A stretch of 64,000 nt of DNA, taken from Phoronis australis. Its lineage: Eukaryota > Animalia > Phoronida. The notes under the pieces were generated by a model, which had not been told where the DNA came from, did not search any database, and was given only the letters and a program-made list of their open reading frames with translations. Within the stretch, counting starts at the first letter, position 1. Every line of letters starts with the position of its first letter. The translations under genes were made by a program, and so were the position numbers. The stretch covers positions 153,570-217,569 of the forward strand of contig NMRA01000399.1 of NCBI GenBank assembly GCA_002633005.1, in the 5' to 3' direction. Below are positions 37,944-52,857 of the stretch, one piece after another.

Positions 37944-38679
37944 NNNNNNNNNNNNNNNNNNNNNNNNNNNNNNNNNNNNNNNNNNNNNNNNNNNNNNNNN
38001 NNNNNNNNNNNNNNNNNNNNNNNNNNNNNNNNNNNNNNNNNNNNNNNNNNNNNNNNNNNNNNNNNNNNNNNNNNNNNNNNNNNNNNNNNNNNNNNNNNNN
38101 NNNNNNNNNNNNNNNNNNNNNNNNNNNNNNNNNNNNNNNNNNNNNNNNNNNNNNNNNNNNNNNNNNNNNNNNNNNNNNNNNNNNNNNNNNNNNNNNNNNN
38201 NNNNNNNNNNNNNNNNNNNNNNNNNNNNNNNNNNNNNNNNNNNNNNNNNNNNNNNNNNNNNNNNNNNNNNNNNNNNNNNNNNNNNNNNNNNNNNNNNNNN
38301 NNNNNNNNNNNNNNNNNNNNNNNNNNNNNNNNNNNNNNNNNNNNNNNNNNNNNNNNNNNNNNNNNNNNNNNNNNNNNNNNNNNNNNNNNNNNNNNNNNNN
38401 NNNNNNNNNNNNNNNNNNNNNNNNNNNNNNNNNNNNNNNNNNNNNNNNNNNNNNNNNNNNNNNNNNNNNNNNNNNNNNNNNNNNNNNNNNNNNNNNNNNN
38501 NNNNNNNNNNNNNNNNNNNNNNNNNNNNNNNNNNNNNNNNNNNNNNNNNNNNNNNNNNNNNNNNNNNNNNNNNNNNNNNNNNNNNNNNNNNNNNNNNNNN
38601 NNNNNNNNNNNNNNNNNNNNNNNNNNNNNNNNNNNNNNNNNNNNNNNNNNNNNNNNNNNNNNNNNNNNNNNNNNNNNNN
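37944..38679. other. Assembly gap (736 N)
   Basis: Run of N. ORFs spanning it are artefacts. Confidence 1.
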
Positions 38680-40733
38680 GTTACAAAAGGCGGAGGATTA
38701 TGCAAGAAAATGGCGTTTACTAGATTGTTTTTCACTTAAACGGCTGCAACGTGCAAGGTGAGTGCTGGTTAACTCACAGATTTTGTGTGCACAGGCCGAC
38801 GGTCGTTAGCTCTACCGTGGAGTATTATAGTCCAAGGCTCGATCTACAAGTTGGGGACGAGGTGAACTACCCGGGCTGTGTGAAATTTCTGGGTCTAACG
38901 GAGACACTGACGCAGCCAGCTCACTGTATCAAGACTATAGTCAAAATCCAAATTCGTTTTATCGTGTCCCTGTCAATAATAACGGCATGCTAAAGTTTCC
39001 TAATTTTCGTACTTCAAGAACACAATCCCATGTTTTGTACATACGCGCACGACGCAGATCACATCTCGGGAATTGCCGATTTGACGGATGACAATGAATG
39101 AGCACAATGAAATTAAAAAACGACGTTTTACAGCTTGTAAGATTCAAAATAAACGTATTTTGAATATTGCAATGCATGTGTTCCAAAATCTAAATAGCTT
39201 CCTTGGGTCCTATATTTTTGTATTCGTGCGCACCGAATGAAAGTAATCGTGAGTGTTGCTGTATTGCAAAATCTCTTATCCTGGACCGATTTGAAAAATT
39301 TAAAGTTGTACTCATATTTGTTTTCGCTCCTCTTTTCAAATATTACAGTAAAAACTACGTAAAACTCTCTCCATAAAAAGTAGAGTCTGCTAGCTAGATT
39401 GTAATCAGCTGATCATATCCGCGTGAGCGAAACCAATTATCCTCGCTCGTGACTCGACGAATAGAGCAGCTTGGCGGCATCCCTTTGATCGTGAGCCGAG
39501 GGCGACTCAGCCAAGGTGGATAAATACAGTCTAGTTCAATTTTCCAAACCCCACCGTTTACCTTGACCATTGGGGTTAGGACCAATCTTATTTAGTGGGA
39601 ATGTTCATAGCATGTAGAACAATCCGAAATAATCTCAGTAATTAGGAGTTATATGTACATTCTCAGAGACTTAGCACTTTTGTTCAAGGTAGATTTAATT
39701 ATTTCTCAGAAATAGTACAGAGAGTAAGACCAAATTTCTGACTCAATTCGTAAGTCATGATAAATAACCTAAATACAAATGTAAGGCACACTCTTGAAAA
39801 GCATCTTTTTAAGTTTATGAGTGACAGCAGATGTCATAGTACACTAAAATACAATGTACCTTGAACACCGAAGCATGACCAAGATCAAAGGTCAAATCTA
39901 AAGATATGTCAGAATGTACCAATATACATATATAACTAATGAAGCCTTCAGGTAATGAATTTGTAATTGAAAATTTATTTTGTTAACAACATTAGAGTCA
40001 ATTTCCTGTAAAACTCGCGAACTTTCATGGTTCAACACACACATTTCCCCCATAAGTGCACGCTTTGGAATTATTTTCAGAAAATGTCCCTTTTCAACGC
40101 ACACTGGGCTTTTTTTCAGCAAGGCATCTCTGCGGGTTAGTATAGCAAAGAACTGGGTGAACTGATTTCAAACAGTTTTTTAACATTCTTTGTCAAATAA
40201 AAATTACACATTAAAAGCAACTGGATAAAATGCTATTTCCCTGTCATGACTAGTCAGTCTTGATACTCTGATGCACTCCAAGTCCTGATGGCCATCTTGG
40301 GTTATTTTTAGCATGTACTCTAAGTTACATCTGACGATCTTTACTGTGATCTCGAGACTTAAGTGCATCTACAAGTCCAATTCCGGCTTTAGTTTTCTCA
40401 TTTCTTGATATGAAACTTTCTGAATTCATATTGCTGTTTTTATTCTTTCAGTCTTCGAGGTACAACTGAACGTCTTTGCAAGAACAGGAATGAATACTTT
40501 CAACATTAAAGTTTGCCTTCAAAGAGTTTTATAGCAGCCGTACCTCAAAACACTAGCAAAAAGTGTTGCTTGGAAACTCTTGTTTTAGCACTAAAGTGAC
40601 ACGAAGTCAAACCAAAAATAAAAGGCATGAATTTGAAAGGGCATATTTTAGCAAATTTGGTTTGTCAATTCTCAAATATTCTGAATTGAAGATTCAGAGG
40701 ATGTTTGTGTTGATACCACAGTGCTACCCTTAT

Positions 40734-40896
40734 ATTTTGCATAACTCTAAAATGTTATTTTGCATAACTCTAAAATGTTATTTTGCATAACTCTAAAATG
40801 TTATTTTGCATAACTCTAAAATGTTATTTTGCATAACTCTAAAATGTTATTTTGCATAACTCTAAAATGTTATTTTGCATAACTCTAAAATGTTAT
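40734..40896. repeat. 23-bp minisatellite, 7 copies
   Basis: Unit TTTTGCATAACTCTAAAATGTTA. Confidence 0.96.
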
Positions 40897-41869
40897 GTAG
40901 AATCTCATTGACAAGACTGTGTATTTTTAACTCAATAAAAGTATATATTTTCTGAAAATAGAGAGCCTCGTAGAATTAGAATTTTCACTTTTTACCAATC
41001 GGGGTCAAGTGACAGTGCCTTCTTTGTACATGTCAATAACAAGATCAAATTTTTTGAGATATAATATTCAAGATCAGATCTATTACGCATTCTTGCAGTT
41101 TTCTAAAATATCTTGTTTTTGCAATAAAAACCTATATCAGCAAAGACTGTGATTTTGGTTTGAAATTAACAAAAAGCAATTCCATTTACTCGTTAAATTT
41201 CAGTATAGCAATTTAGCTCTCAAATTCTTGTTAGTCAACTAACCATAGGCAGCAGATGACAATGAAAAATGGTGGGGAAAAATGGTGAACAAGGAAAACT
41301 AGCCTACTGATGGGCAACGCAGTGAAAAGCCATTTTGATGAAGAACAACCAGGATGGATTACTGAGATTGAAAATTGATAAAATTAGCCATAATCAATAG
41401 CATCAGTGACAGTGTTGTTGTATTATCTTACAGATGAGGACTAAGACTATTGAAGGGTGACTGACAAAGGCAATCAGAACATAGAAAGCTTAGTAGCATT
41501 CCTACTCTTGCAAAACAGCGCAAGTTACCTGCAGTAAACTCACCATTAGTTCTAATCTGTGGCTGTTGTTATTCTTATTATCGGTATTTTTATTATAAAC
41601 AAAATTGTTCTCATGTTCTTAATTCCAAGTCTGTATCACCACTTCATGCTTTTCCCTCCGCTTCACAAAAGTGCATAGAAAATATTGATAGTTTTTAGGC
41701 CGGTATTTAGTACAATATGCTTTTAACCAATGTTTTCTTTTTAAATGAGCCGTAAAATAAAGCAATTAGTCTAAACAAGTTGTGGATGTATTTTGATATG
41801 AAGAAATAAATAAATAAAGCAGCCAATTCTATTTCCAACAGAAATTCTTATTTTTAAATCAAAAGTGCT

Positions 41870-41950
41870 CGCGCACACGCATGCACACACGCGCGCACAC
41901 ACACACGCACGCGCGCACATGCACACACAAACAAACACACACACACACAA
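41870..41950. repeat. Mixed (CA)n/(CG)n alternating purine-pyrimidine microsatellite
   Basis: GCGCACACGCATGCACACACGCGCGCACACAC... Confidence 0.9.
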
Positions 41951-42114
41951 GAAGCCGAAGCATCGGTGCCTCCTCATGTTTTGTGAGCCAGTGGAACTGG
42001 CAGTAACTATGAATCATCCCTAAAAACAAAGCTGTAATTATTTGTTGAAGTGCTGATGCTGGTGGTCAACTTGTGGATGAGATGAGAAGACCACACAGAT
42101 TCTCAAGTGTTCTT

Positions 42115-42307
42115 TAAATAGGGACATTATAGGTATTATGACTGGAAAACAGTCTGGGGGTTATTACTGGATGGAATAAATAGGGACATTATAGGTATTA
42201 TGACTGGAAAACAGTCTGGGGGTTATTACTGGATGGAATAAATAGGGACATTATAGGTATTATGACTGGAAAACAGTCTGGGGGTTATTACTGGATAGAA
42301 TAAATAG
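42115..42307. repeat. 62-bp tandem repeat, 3 copies
   Basis: AAATAGGGACATTATAGG starts at 42116, 42178 and 42240. Confidence 0.95.
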
Positions 42308-42748
42308 ACTTCTTGAACTAAGACTTTTGACCAGAGCTATGAAACAACAAAATCCATTGTTTTTAAGATTTTATAACAAAAATTGCCAATTTTTGTCTGC
42401 CAGACCTTAGCTGAAATCAGGGTTGCTGGCTTTACAAGGCAAAATGCTTAAAGTGCTTAAAACCACCGTTTGCCAAGTTTTGACAACTAACTAGATTGTC
42501 GGCACCATCTAATCTGTCTTCAATACCCCAAAAATGACAAAGCAGAAGAAAAACAAAACCAGTTGAAAGTTTCTTAGCTCCACAGACATGAGTGTGACGT
42601 ATGAACAGATTCAGTGACAAAGTGTCGCGTCCGAAAAAAATGCGAATTTCTTGTACATATATATAATTATGCACTTCTCTGATATCCGCAGGAAAGTCAA
42701 AGAGCAGAACAGCAGTGTGGTCAAATGTTACGGTGTAACAACCACCAC

Positions 42749-42852
42749 AAACACAACTCCTGGTCAGTCCTTATTATACCATAAACACAACTCCTGGTCA
42801 GTCCTTATTATACCATAAACACAACTCCTGGTCAGTCCTTATTATACCACAA
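42749..42852. repeat. 34-bp tandem repeat, 3 copies
   Basis: AAACACAACTCCTGGTCAGTCCTTATTATACCAT starts at 42749, 42783 and 42817. Confidence 0.93.
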
Positions 42853-45800
42853 ACCACAGGGAAAATGAGCAGAAATGTCTCACGACTTTTCACACTGAAA
42901 CACAATGGAGGATGAATAAGTGCCACGATTTTCTCCGATTTTAGGTATCGACCAATAAATGGTGGAAGCTGGAGATCAGCTAATTTAAACATATCGTCAT
43001 TTTGTGGGTGCTCTCATTGACAGTTGGTTGGTTGTTTTTTGGTATTTTTGATATGATATCGATGATTTTAAGCACTCAAACGCAGTGTCGGTAATAGAGT
43101 GGGATTCAGCTTCATTAGCAGAGCATTATGTTGGAACCTCACGGGCAGCAGCTTCGAATTTGAGGCTCATGTCAGAAACCATTTGCTCTTGTCGCCAATG
43201 TCCTTTATCTGATGTTGAGACAAGTGGGTGGATAACGTTCTCCACAGTTTGCCTTTAAACAGTTTTATCTACTCAGCTCACATCCCAGTGATTCTGTCCT
43301 ATACTTTCCATCCTCAATCAAATATTGGCTAGTTAACAAATAGTACAAAGTAAAATGCAAGACCATTCAATATCGTTAACCACATTTTTCTACCATTATT
43401 ATCACAAATAGTCGCACTAATTTCCAACAACAGCAGCAAGACTACATTAATTGTACAATTCTTATCCATAAATGCAGAATCAAGGAACAGCTGAACATTA
43501 TCATTTATCAAGAATAGACACCTTAACGGAAGACAAGCAAAGATTCAGTCAATAGTTAATAAAAGTCAGGAAATTGCATTTCCTTAGAAAATGTATACAT
43601 TATGCAATTCTGTACCATTATGTAATCTAGCCTCAAAATGTCCAATTTCCATCAACTGTAGTAATCAGTGCAAAATGATAGGAAGCTTCCTCAGTCCAAA
43701 ACCAAAGGGAAGACCACTGAAAACTGATGTGACTGTACCCATCAGTTTAACCACAGGTAAAATGTTGAAACCTGCTAAATTACACCCTGCACGTCTAACT
43801 GGTCTGTTGGTTTGTCAGACAATATTGGAGTGGACCACCATCATAGGACCACCAGACGTTTCACTAAAAATCAGCTCAGCTTGTTGTTGAGAAAATCTGT
43901 CCAAAACAACTAGATAGAAAAAAGAACATTTCAAGAATTGCAAAGGAAAAAAATCTACTTTCTACAATACACTGTCAAATTTTAGCTGAAGTAAAACGAC
44001 AATAGTCTAGCAGGTCCTGGATCATAGTAACTGAATTCAAAGTAAAAACATTTTCGATTCCAATCTTTCCAATTTTCAAAATCAGGGCAGTGTCATCAAA
44101 GTTTTTGAAAATTTTGATCCAAAAAAATAACAATGTTACTGTATGACATCATACAGAACTGAGTGGTGGATCTCATGAGGGTCAGGGTGAATGACTTTCG
44201 TGGAAAAGGTGTTTAATGCCTGTCACTAGTGAAGTCACTGAATGAGTAAAATTGTAGATTCTCTACTGTTTTGGCCTTTCACATGTGAATGTCTATCAGA
44301 CATGAGATCCACCTACTTCATTGTCTGACCACCAGATGCCAGACTAAGTCTTCATTGCAATAATGCGATTTGTGATAAGGCTGCAATGATGATCGCGTGC
44401 GATTCGCTAGCTTTTTGGGCTTGGACGGAGTAACTAGTTGGCATGGAGGCTCAGAATTTGGCTAAAGGTTAAGCAACGTCAGTGAAAATTATTCTTTGTG
44501 TACTCTGCTCCAAGCCATACAAGTGTCCCAGTTGGCCTGTGTAAGCATACACGGTTTAACAATGGGTTTATAGTCCTGTTGAGATGATGATTATTTTATT
44601 ACCCCTCATGGGTTTAGAATACCCAAGCCCAGAATGAGAATATTAGCTTTTCCTCCATTAATATTCTTAAGACAGCAACTAGAACACTTCCATGAATGCT
44701 AGTTTTTGATAGATAACTGTTTATTTCATCTTCAGAAATAAATATACAAGAAGTGAAATAATTACTGCATGCAAATTGAAAACATTGCAGGCAAAGTAAT
44801 GGTACAGCATATGCTGGAAGAAGTGATGAAATTAAAATAAGTCACCAGTGTCAGCCATATTATGTACTAAATTGACGAGATTATAGCATACTTACTATCA
44901 GCCTCAAGATGAATTTCAATCCATGACCTCAGTGACCTCAGTGGTCGCAACCTGACACTATTGATGCTAGTGGAACTAAAAGGTTTTTAAAATGCAACAA
45001 GTATTTTAAGCATAATTAACTGATAAGGTCACCTGCCTCAACTTCAATTAATTCCACCGAAAGACGAAAATCACTCATGGCTCAGAATTATCGGTTATTT
45101 CTAATAAATTCACAAAAACACCAATTTTGCTGTTTTACAGCTCTGCTCAAAACTAGTAACTTGAAGCAGTCCATCCTTATCTGCAATAATATAAAAAAAT
45201 TCTTTTTGGCTATTACACAGACCACATGACAATAACGACACACTCAGAGAGCAGTTCCACTCCCATCTTATTTAGAGATGTTATTGCTAGTTGGTGACTT
45301 GGAAGGACTCATTCATACTCCTCACACACTTTGGAAGGACATTCATACTCCTCACACACTTCAACTCATAGGTGTGTAATCTATATATATAATGCTCACA
45401 CAGAGGGTATATGTGACTAAGAGTCCTGAGGCTGTAAGTTCTCAAATCGATCACCTCCACAAACACTTACCCATTTCTTGGGAGCTTTTGCCTCACACGT
45501 TGGCCATCACAACTACAAAATATGATTACTGACAGCTAAAAAAATAAAAACTAAAGCCAACTAACTCCCATATTTCCTGAGCTACAGCGTTCAACTGAAT
45601 GCACAAGCAGGCTATATTGTTACAGGGATTAGTTTTCAATTTAGCATCTAAATTGAAAACACATGCCTGCAAAGTTGTAACAGAAAACCCACACATTAAC
45701 AGCTACATCTAGTGGGAAGAACATTTTAATAGAAAACATTTGAAATACAACCCCTGGCACAATCTGAGTACAAAAGCAACTTCTGTTGGACCTAATTTCA

Positions 45801-48800
45801 AATATGGGTGGATGAAAACGGGCACAGTTGTACAAGGCGAAATGCAATTTCTTTCACACTCGGACAGTCAGTGACTGTCCTCAATGAGTGGTACCTTGAC
45901 AGCAAAGAATTTTAGAAACACATACTTCCTAATTCCCCTGCTTTTAAGTTACATCTGAACTGTAGGTGGCATTGAATGTTTCTAAAAAAATACTCGCCAT
46001 CAAGCCACAACAAATGTATTGCTCCACACTACATACAGCTTCATCTGTATCGTTACACGTGGCATACAGTTTAATTCAGCTACGGCCATTTTTCAAAATT
46101 CAACTAGACAAGACATATTACGATCCCAAATCCCAGATACGAATAATTCCGTAAGACATTTATTCATCAAATTCTAAATCCTCGAGTGAAAGCGGACTTT
46201 TCATATTAGAGCTCTTTAGAGTTATGTGAGCAAGAAAGAGACTTCCGCTTGATCCCATTAAAGATTCGGTGGACAAAGATTCACTAATACATAGTGAATC
46301 ATTTATTTAAAAACTGAGGAATAAATCCATTGTCAACTCGATCCTCCCACTCTTTAATTAGGTCAAGTTAACTAATTTATTTTAGTTTTTTGACATTGGC
46401 TGGGATTGAAATTCTCCGACCCGCTTTATCAGTTGCAGGCACTGACTACGCAGCTGTGACTTCCATCTTCACAGTGTATTGGGACACAATGTCCTTCAGT
46501 CCTCCATGGATAAATTGATAGTTTGTCTTTTTAAGTAAGCCATTAGAACATCCTATGGTACATTGTGTAATTTTGCTGGCATTATGAGATAGCAGGAAAG
46601 GTGTTAAAATGCTGTTGATACCACTACGTTTTGACATCCCTTTAGCATTACATGGGATCTGCAGGTGGCACTGAACGCCTGCCTACCAAAGACCTGATCA
46701 CCATCTGGTGGCGGGATAGCGTATATGGCGCGGCTATTTAAAAAATCAGCAGTCATATCCTGCTCTTATCACCTCACATTAAGGCCAAGTGACCATTAGT
46801 GACCTTTAACATGGTAAGGTGAGGTCACTTGCTTCGTTTGTATTACCCGTGGTGACAATTTGCGGAGACTTGCGAGATCTTCTCAAACTCGTGTGGAATT
46901 AAAGATGCATTATGCCCTGTTTAGGTGGCTAAAAGAAAAACTGAATTAGGCCTTTTACTCTCATACAATTAAGTCTCACAAGATCCCATACCAACAAGAA
47001 CGTCGTAACCATTGGTGACTCAAGCAAACGCTTCATAGTTTATAGGGGTTTGCCAACACAAAATTTGCAAATTCGAAAATGTTGCATGCATGAATTACCT
47101 GTGACTCGAAAATTGCAAATTCGAAATTGGTGCATGTGTACCTTGCCAGTGACGTGAGTTCGTAACAGAAAAATAATCATCACAGTACGGAATATAATAA
47201 GAGAATAAAAAGGTCTTACTCGATTTCCCTTGTCAGTCACTGGGCTAAACAGGGCAAAATACAGCTCTGAGACTGACAAAACATAGCCCTAGGTTATAAT
47301 GTGTTATGATAAAACGTGTTACTAGTACCCTGAAGACAAACAGCTGATCAATGAATAAGGAAGGGTACCAAAACACAAATCACACAGGACTATAAAAAGA
47401 ATTCATGTAATAGAAAAGAAAACAGACACTGCAGCACATTGCGCTGCTATTTATAGGAAAGCTGGCAATCAGTGAAACATGGATCTCAGTCAGGCCATGG
47501 TGATGGCTTGTCCAATTGTTTGTGTTACAGCACCAGAGCAGAGAGATTGAATTAGGTTTAAAGCTGCATTTCACAGTTAAATAGGCTGAATAATGAAAAT
47601 TGAATTAGACCTGGTAGGATTCTATTTCTGTTGCTCATGAGAACGTCATGGAAACCATCAGTGACATGGAAACCATCAGTGACTCAAAGAAAACCTTCAG
47701 GTTTATTGGGGTTGGACAACTTCACAACTGAAAATTTGAAAATGGCGGCATGTACATTCATGGCGTGTAACTTGAGTTTCTGGCTCATTTGACAATAATT
47801 GGATGAGCTTGGAAATGTTTTTAAACCCAATGCACTACAAGTTGAGAATTCAATGTCGACAGCTAACATGCAAAATGCGGCTTCAAGTTTCTTCAATTTG
47901 CGACATAATACGACAAAACAGTAAAACCTTACTTTATCTAATTTTTCAACAAAATAGAATATTTCAGTATGTGCATTATATATATTGTCAATATTTCAGT
48001 ATGTGTACTATATATATTGTCAATATTTCAATATGTGCACTGCAAATATTGTCAATTATTCAGTATCTGCACTGTATATATTGTCACCAAACACAAGATA
48101 AAATCTGAGCATTTTCAACAATGTTGTGGGCCTTTTAAAATTGGAAATGACAATTTTGGAAGTTAATATATTCATTTGAATCTGTGTAAACTTTACCATA
48201 CAGGCCAGCAGAGTTACGTAGAGTGATGATAGACAAGAGTTTTGGGGATGGAAAAGTGACTTTTTAAGTCTCTTAAAGGAGAGAACAACAATGCTTTTTG
48301 AAATAAAAATCCCTTCGACGAATGTATCCTGGCAAGTTTCCAAATAAAACTCGTTGCAATAATAAGACTGATAAAAATTTTACCCAACGTCAATGCTTCA
48401 CTTAAAAATTGCTGACAACTCACTGCACTGGCAAAACACGAGTAGTTACACTACAGAAGGAGTCACTGGCAAAATGGTCGCCTTATTTTTTCAGAATACG
48501 ACAGCCTGTACAATTCAAACCAATACATTATCCAGGTAAGGTATTATACTCTCCATTATTTTGTACAGAAATAACTGGAAAAATGATCTTCCACTACCAA
48601 CAACTGATTACGTTTTCGAATATAATAGAAAATTAATCAAAATGATGTAGACTGCAAACCATGGGTGTACTGGACTAAAATATCATTAATCTTTACTATT
48701 GAGGAATAATTGAATAAAGTTGAATGTCACTTGCTGGCCATGTTTTGTGCTAAATAAGTGAAAAAATGTCATGCTTTTGTAAATGATAACTATGGGGGAA

Positions 48801-50099
48801 GATAACCAAAAAATGAAACAGAAGGTTTTTTCATGTCTTATGACCTCAAAAAAATATCCGAGGTGATGCACTCGTCAACTCAGTACACATGCACCTATAC
48901 ACATACTACCCAGGTGACATGTTCATCAGCTCAATACATATATGTCCAAGGTGACACCTTCAGCTCAATATAACACCCTCATCAACTCAACAGGCCTATA
49001 TCCCAGCTCATCAACTCAATACAGGTACATCTGAGGTGACCAGTTCACCAAACTCAATACACATATATTGGAGGTGATTAGATCAACTCAAGAACTCAAC
49101 AGAAGCAGCTCATCAACAACTCAATACATATATATCCCAGGTTATATGCTGATCAACTCATTGTACACATCCTCATCAACTCAATACATATACAATTTCG
49201 ATTGATCATTATTTATCACAAAAAAGTTTTTATATGAATTCATGTAAACCATTTTGTTGAATTCATGTAAATGGTAGTAACACCCCATAAATGGTTGAAA
49301 CCGTAACCCATGACTTACACTAAGGTACTTCAGAAATACCGAACTGAACTTGCCTATTGGTATCTAGTAGAGACTGGTCACTACATTAGTTGTACTGGAT
49401 CTCAGGTCTATGATTGTTCAGCATGATGTCATATTTGACCTCTAACCTCGAATCTATGAAACTGGACAATTGATTTTCTGTGTTGTACATTGAAAGGTGT
49501 GATTATTGTTCAATTTGACAGACTGTTCAATTCTAATATCAATAGTTTACATTGCTTCCCTTCCACCTTCCATTGTGTCCATGTGAGGCACAAATGCACC
49601 AGTTGTCTCAGGAACAACTAACACATTACCCACAACAATACATATCTGCCCGTCACTTCCCTGAGCATCATTTAAGTGCATGGCATTTACTACACCTTGG
49701 TGGTGAAGTTCACAGCCAAACAAACATCCTGAAACACCTGCTGCCTTGCCATCGGGCCACAGCCAGCTGGTGTTCAGACAAGTCTCATCGGATCACCTTG
49801 TGATGAATCTCCCTATCCGACTGTGATGGACATGACAGACTCACAGATTTGGCGTCAAAGCTTCATATGACTGATTCAGGCTATGGCTGAGTGACTTTAT
49901 CATTTAAGTGCACTTGAAATACACTTATCGAGTGGGGCTAAGCACTGCCAATAAGGTATTAGACTGCGACAGTGGGGATTGTAGGTTTGTGCTGAGGCTG
50001 ATCATTTTCTTTTTTCATGCTTATAACATCCCTTTAAAGGTGTTAACTGGATAGAGCAGACAGAAGATAAACCCTTACAACATAACTTTTGATATTGAA

Positions 50100-51400
50100 A
50101 CACGTGCTAAATTTCGCGAAGATCCAGCAAAGAATGCCATTGTCACAAGAGGGCGCCACAGCAGTCGGACCTGTTGAAAATTTGCTGTAAGCTATGCACC
50201 TTCTAGAATAAACGCATGACAATTTTCACAACAACCCTTAGAGTGACTTGGCCGATATAGAGGCAGGCGACATTAGCCACACTAAAAACAGTATCAACAG
50301 CCACCAGGTGGCACCACAGAGTAATCAAATACATCCAAAAATAAGAAGGCAGTGTCTTCTCTTTAACAGAAATCTATTTGCCAAATTTCATGAAAATCCA
50401 TCAAGGAACTATGAAGATATAGAGAAAAGTTGAAGAAAAGCAAAATTGGCAATAGGGGGCACAGTCGTAGTCAGAACTGTCCAAAAGTTGTAATCATTTG
50501 TTGCCAATTCCACAAAAAACACTTGCTCAATCTAACAAAGTTTCCGTCAGGAGATCATGAGATACAGCCACATATGCAAGTAAAACTGCCACTAGAAGGC
50601 GCTACAGTAGTTGGAGCCATCCAAAATCATCATCAACTGTCTTCTTTCCAGATAATACACATAATTATACCAATTTCCCAAATCATTCTTAGTACGGTTT
50701 GGCCAACACAGGCAGATGCCAAAAACAGACTCAATCAAAATAAAAACAACCACAAGGCGGCGCAGAATATGACGAATGTATCCAAAAACAAGAAGATGTC
50801 ACTGTTTCCAAAATAGATACCTATTTTCCATATTTCACGAAAACCTACCAACGAACTCCGTAGATACAGAGGAAAATGTTAAATAAAAATGCCACAAGGG
50901 GGCACAATGGATTAGTGGGATCTGTCCAGAAGTTATACGTATCTTTTGTCACTTTCATAGAAGTACATACAATTCCTGTACTACTGCATTCATGAGATAC
51001 AGCCGTGGACACAAACAAAAACTGGGATTACGTGTCATAGTAATCAGAGCCGCCCAAAAATCATTGTTAGACGTCTTCTTCTCAGTAGGAACACATACCC
51101 GAATTTTCATCATTCTTAGTGCAGTTTGGCCGAAAGAGAGGCAGATGTCAAAAACAGTAAAAACTGCCACAAGGTGGCACAGAATACAATGAATCCATCC
51201 CAAAAGCATTGTCATCTCCTCAGTTGCAAAATTTCAGAATCCGTCACGAAACTAAGAAGATACAGGAGCAGTCAAAAAACTTAAATTGCCACTAGGGGAC
51301 ACATTGATGGTTGGATCCACAGGAAAATTTGCTCATGTTATCCATTTCATTACAGGAAGTAAAATTTCAGAAAACCTCCATCTTAGAGTTTTTGATACAT
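50100..51400 (+). repeat. Degenerate ~140-160-bp tandem array (with ~430-bp higher-order unit) carrying CTCF-like motifs
   Basis: Units share AAATTTCA...ATCC...GA(A/G)ATA followed by CCAC(T/A/C)AG.GGC(A/G)C. Segment 50605-50960 is collinear with 51040-51350. Confidence 0.7.
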
Positions 51401-52857
51401 AATAGCAGAGACAGATGGACTTATGGGGATGACAGTATAATGTACCAAAGTTTAAATGTTCTCGACCTTTAATTTTGTAGAGAAATGTAACAAAATAGAA
51501 TTTCACTTTTCAACTATATTGTGTGCTAAATATGTGAAGGAAGTCCGATCAGTTTGAACAATTGTAACGGTCATGAACAGTAGCAAGGCCGATCAGTTTG
51601 AACAATTGTAATGGTTATGAACAGTAGCAACTACCTTTTCTTCAACTTACGAACTTGTCTTTTTTAAATTAATATAGGCCAACTCCGGAGAATTTTATAG
51701 AAGTAGCGCTTTTTTATCATGAGATTAGTCATTGTTCACAAATGATCTCGATCGGAGTGTGAAGTTCTTCGCACGTACAAGCTGCAGGTCGACCCAGATT
51801 TGAATTGAGCGATTAATCACACCCCCCTCTCGTTGCAAATGAATCATCCATGTAGTAATCGAGGAAACGAGATGTAGTCACGTACGCAGACCTGAAACAG
51901 TAGTTGCTGACATGGTAAGTGGACTGCCATTCGACATTTCGCAGTGCGCTAATATATTCAAAAAACATTTATATTTAGCAACAGTCTCGCGTAATTACTG
52001 TTTCCAAGTCGAATTCCTGTTTCTGTTTGTGCTGTCACTTAGTGATTGTCGTGTTCCACTGATTGACTGAACTTACAAGTTCTGTGCTTGAATGAACACA
52101 CCGCGCGCTTGCCAAATTCATGTAAAATTTGGACGTAGGTGACCACTGCTTGTGTAATTGCCCACCCCCGACTTTTGCCAATTTACAGTTTAAGCGCCCA
52201 CTGCTTGGGTTATTGCCCAATGCCTCGTCTCAGGGATTCCCAATTTAAGCGCCCACTGCTTGGGTTATTGCCCAATGCCTCGTCTCAGGGATTCCCAATT
52301 TAAGCGCCCACTGCCGCCCAGGGCCTTAATTCACAAGTTTACAGTATTATCAATTCAATGAACAAACTGACTTTACCAGTCTCAGACATGCCTTTTCAAG
52401 GCCTTGGCCACAGGGTCTTCCCAACTTGCTAAGATTCTCGATTACTAAGAGACACAACAGAATAGTGGAAAATTTTCTGCAAAAAGATCATAGTAAAAAT
52501 CTGGGATTTTGAAATACATGGGAATGCCACCACCTAATTTCAGAACCCCAAAAACTTTGCAGGGATCCTTTTACCGGAATTACCTCTACTAATTTGCCGT
52601 GTCCTACGTGATGAAGGAATTCACCCAGCAAATCCTGCAACCTTTGAGAATGGTGTCAAACATGTGCGATGCTGACTAAATCCGTTAGCCAACTGATTAA
52701 AGTACTGCAGTGACAAGATGGGCTTTGTGTTCACATAGATTTATGCAGGTAGATTACTATGGTAACATCTGTCCCATTTGGTGTACAAGTCAAATTTAAC
52801 ATGTTCAAATTTTTCATAAAATATAAGAAGCTGTAAAAGTGTTTCGTCACGTCACAC

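Noticed and set aside
37791-38761. Longest ORFs in the track (266-314 aa)
   Set aside because: Almost entirely X residues from the N gap.
44230-44570. Possible DeuSINE/Nin-SINE core (also decayed SINE-like stretches at ~46400-46460 and ~49700-49950)
   Set aside because: Too degenerate to support by eye; no intact A/B box pair was identified.
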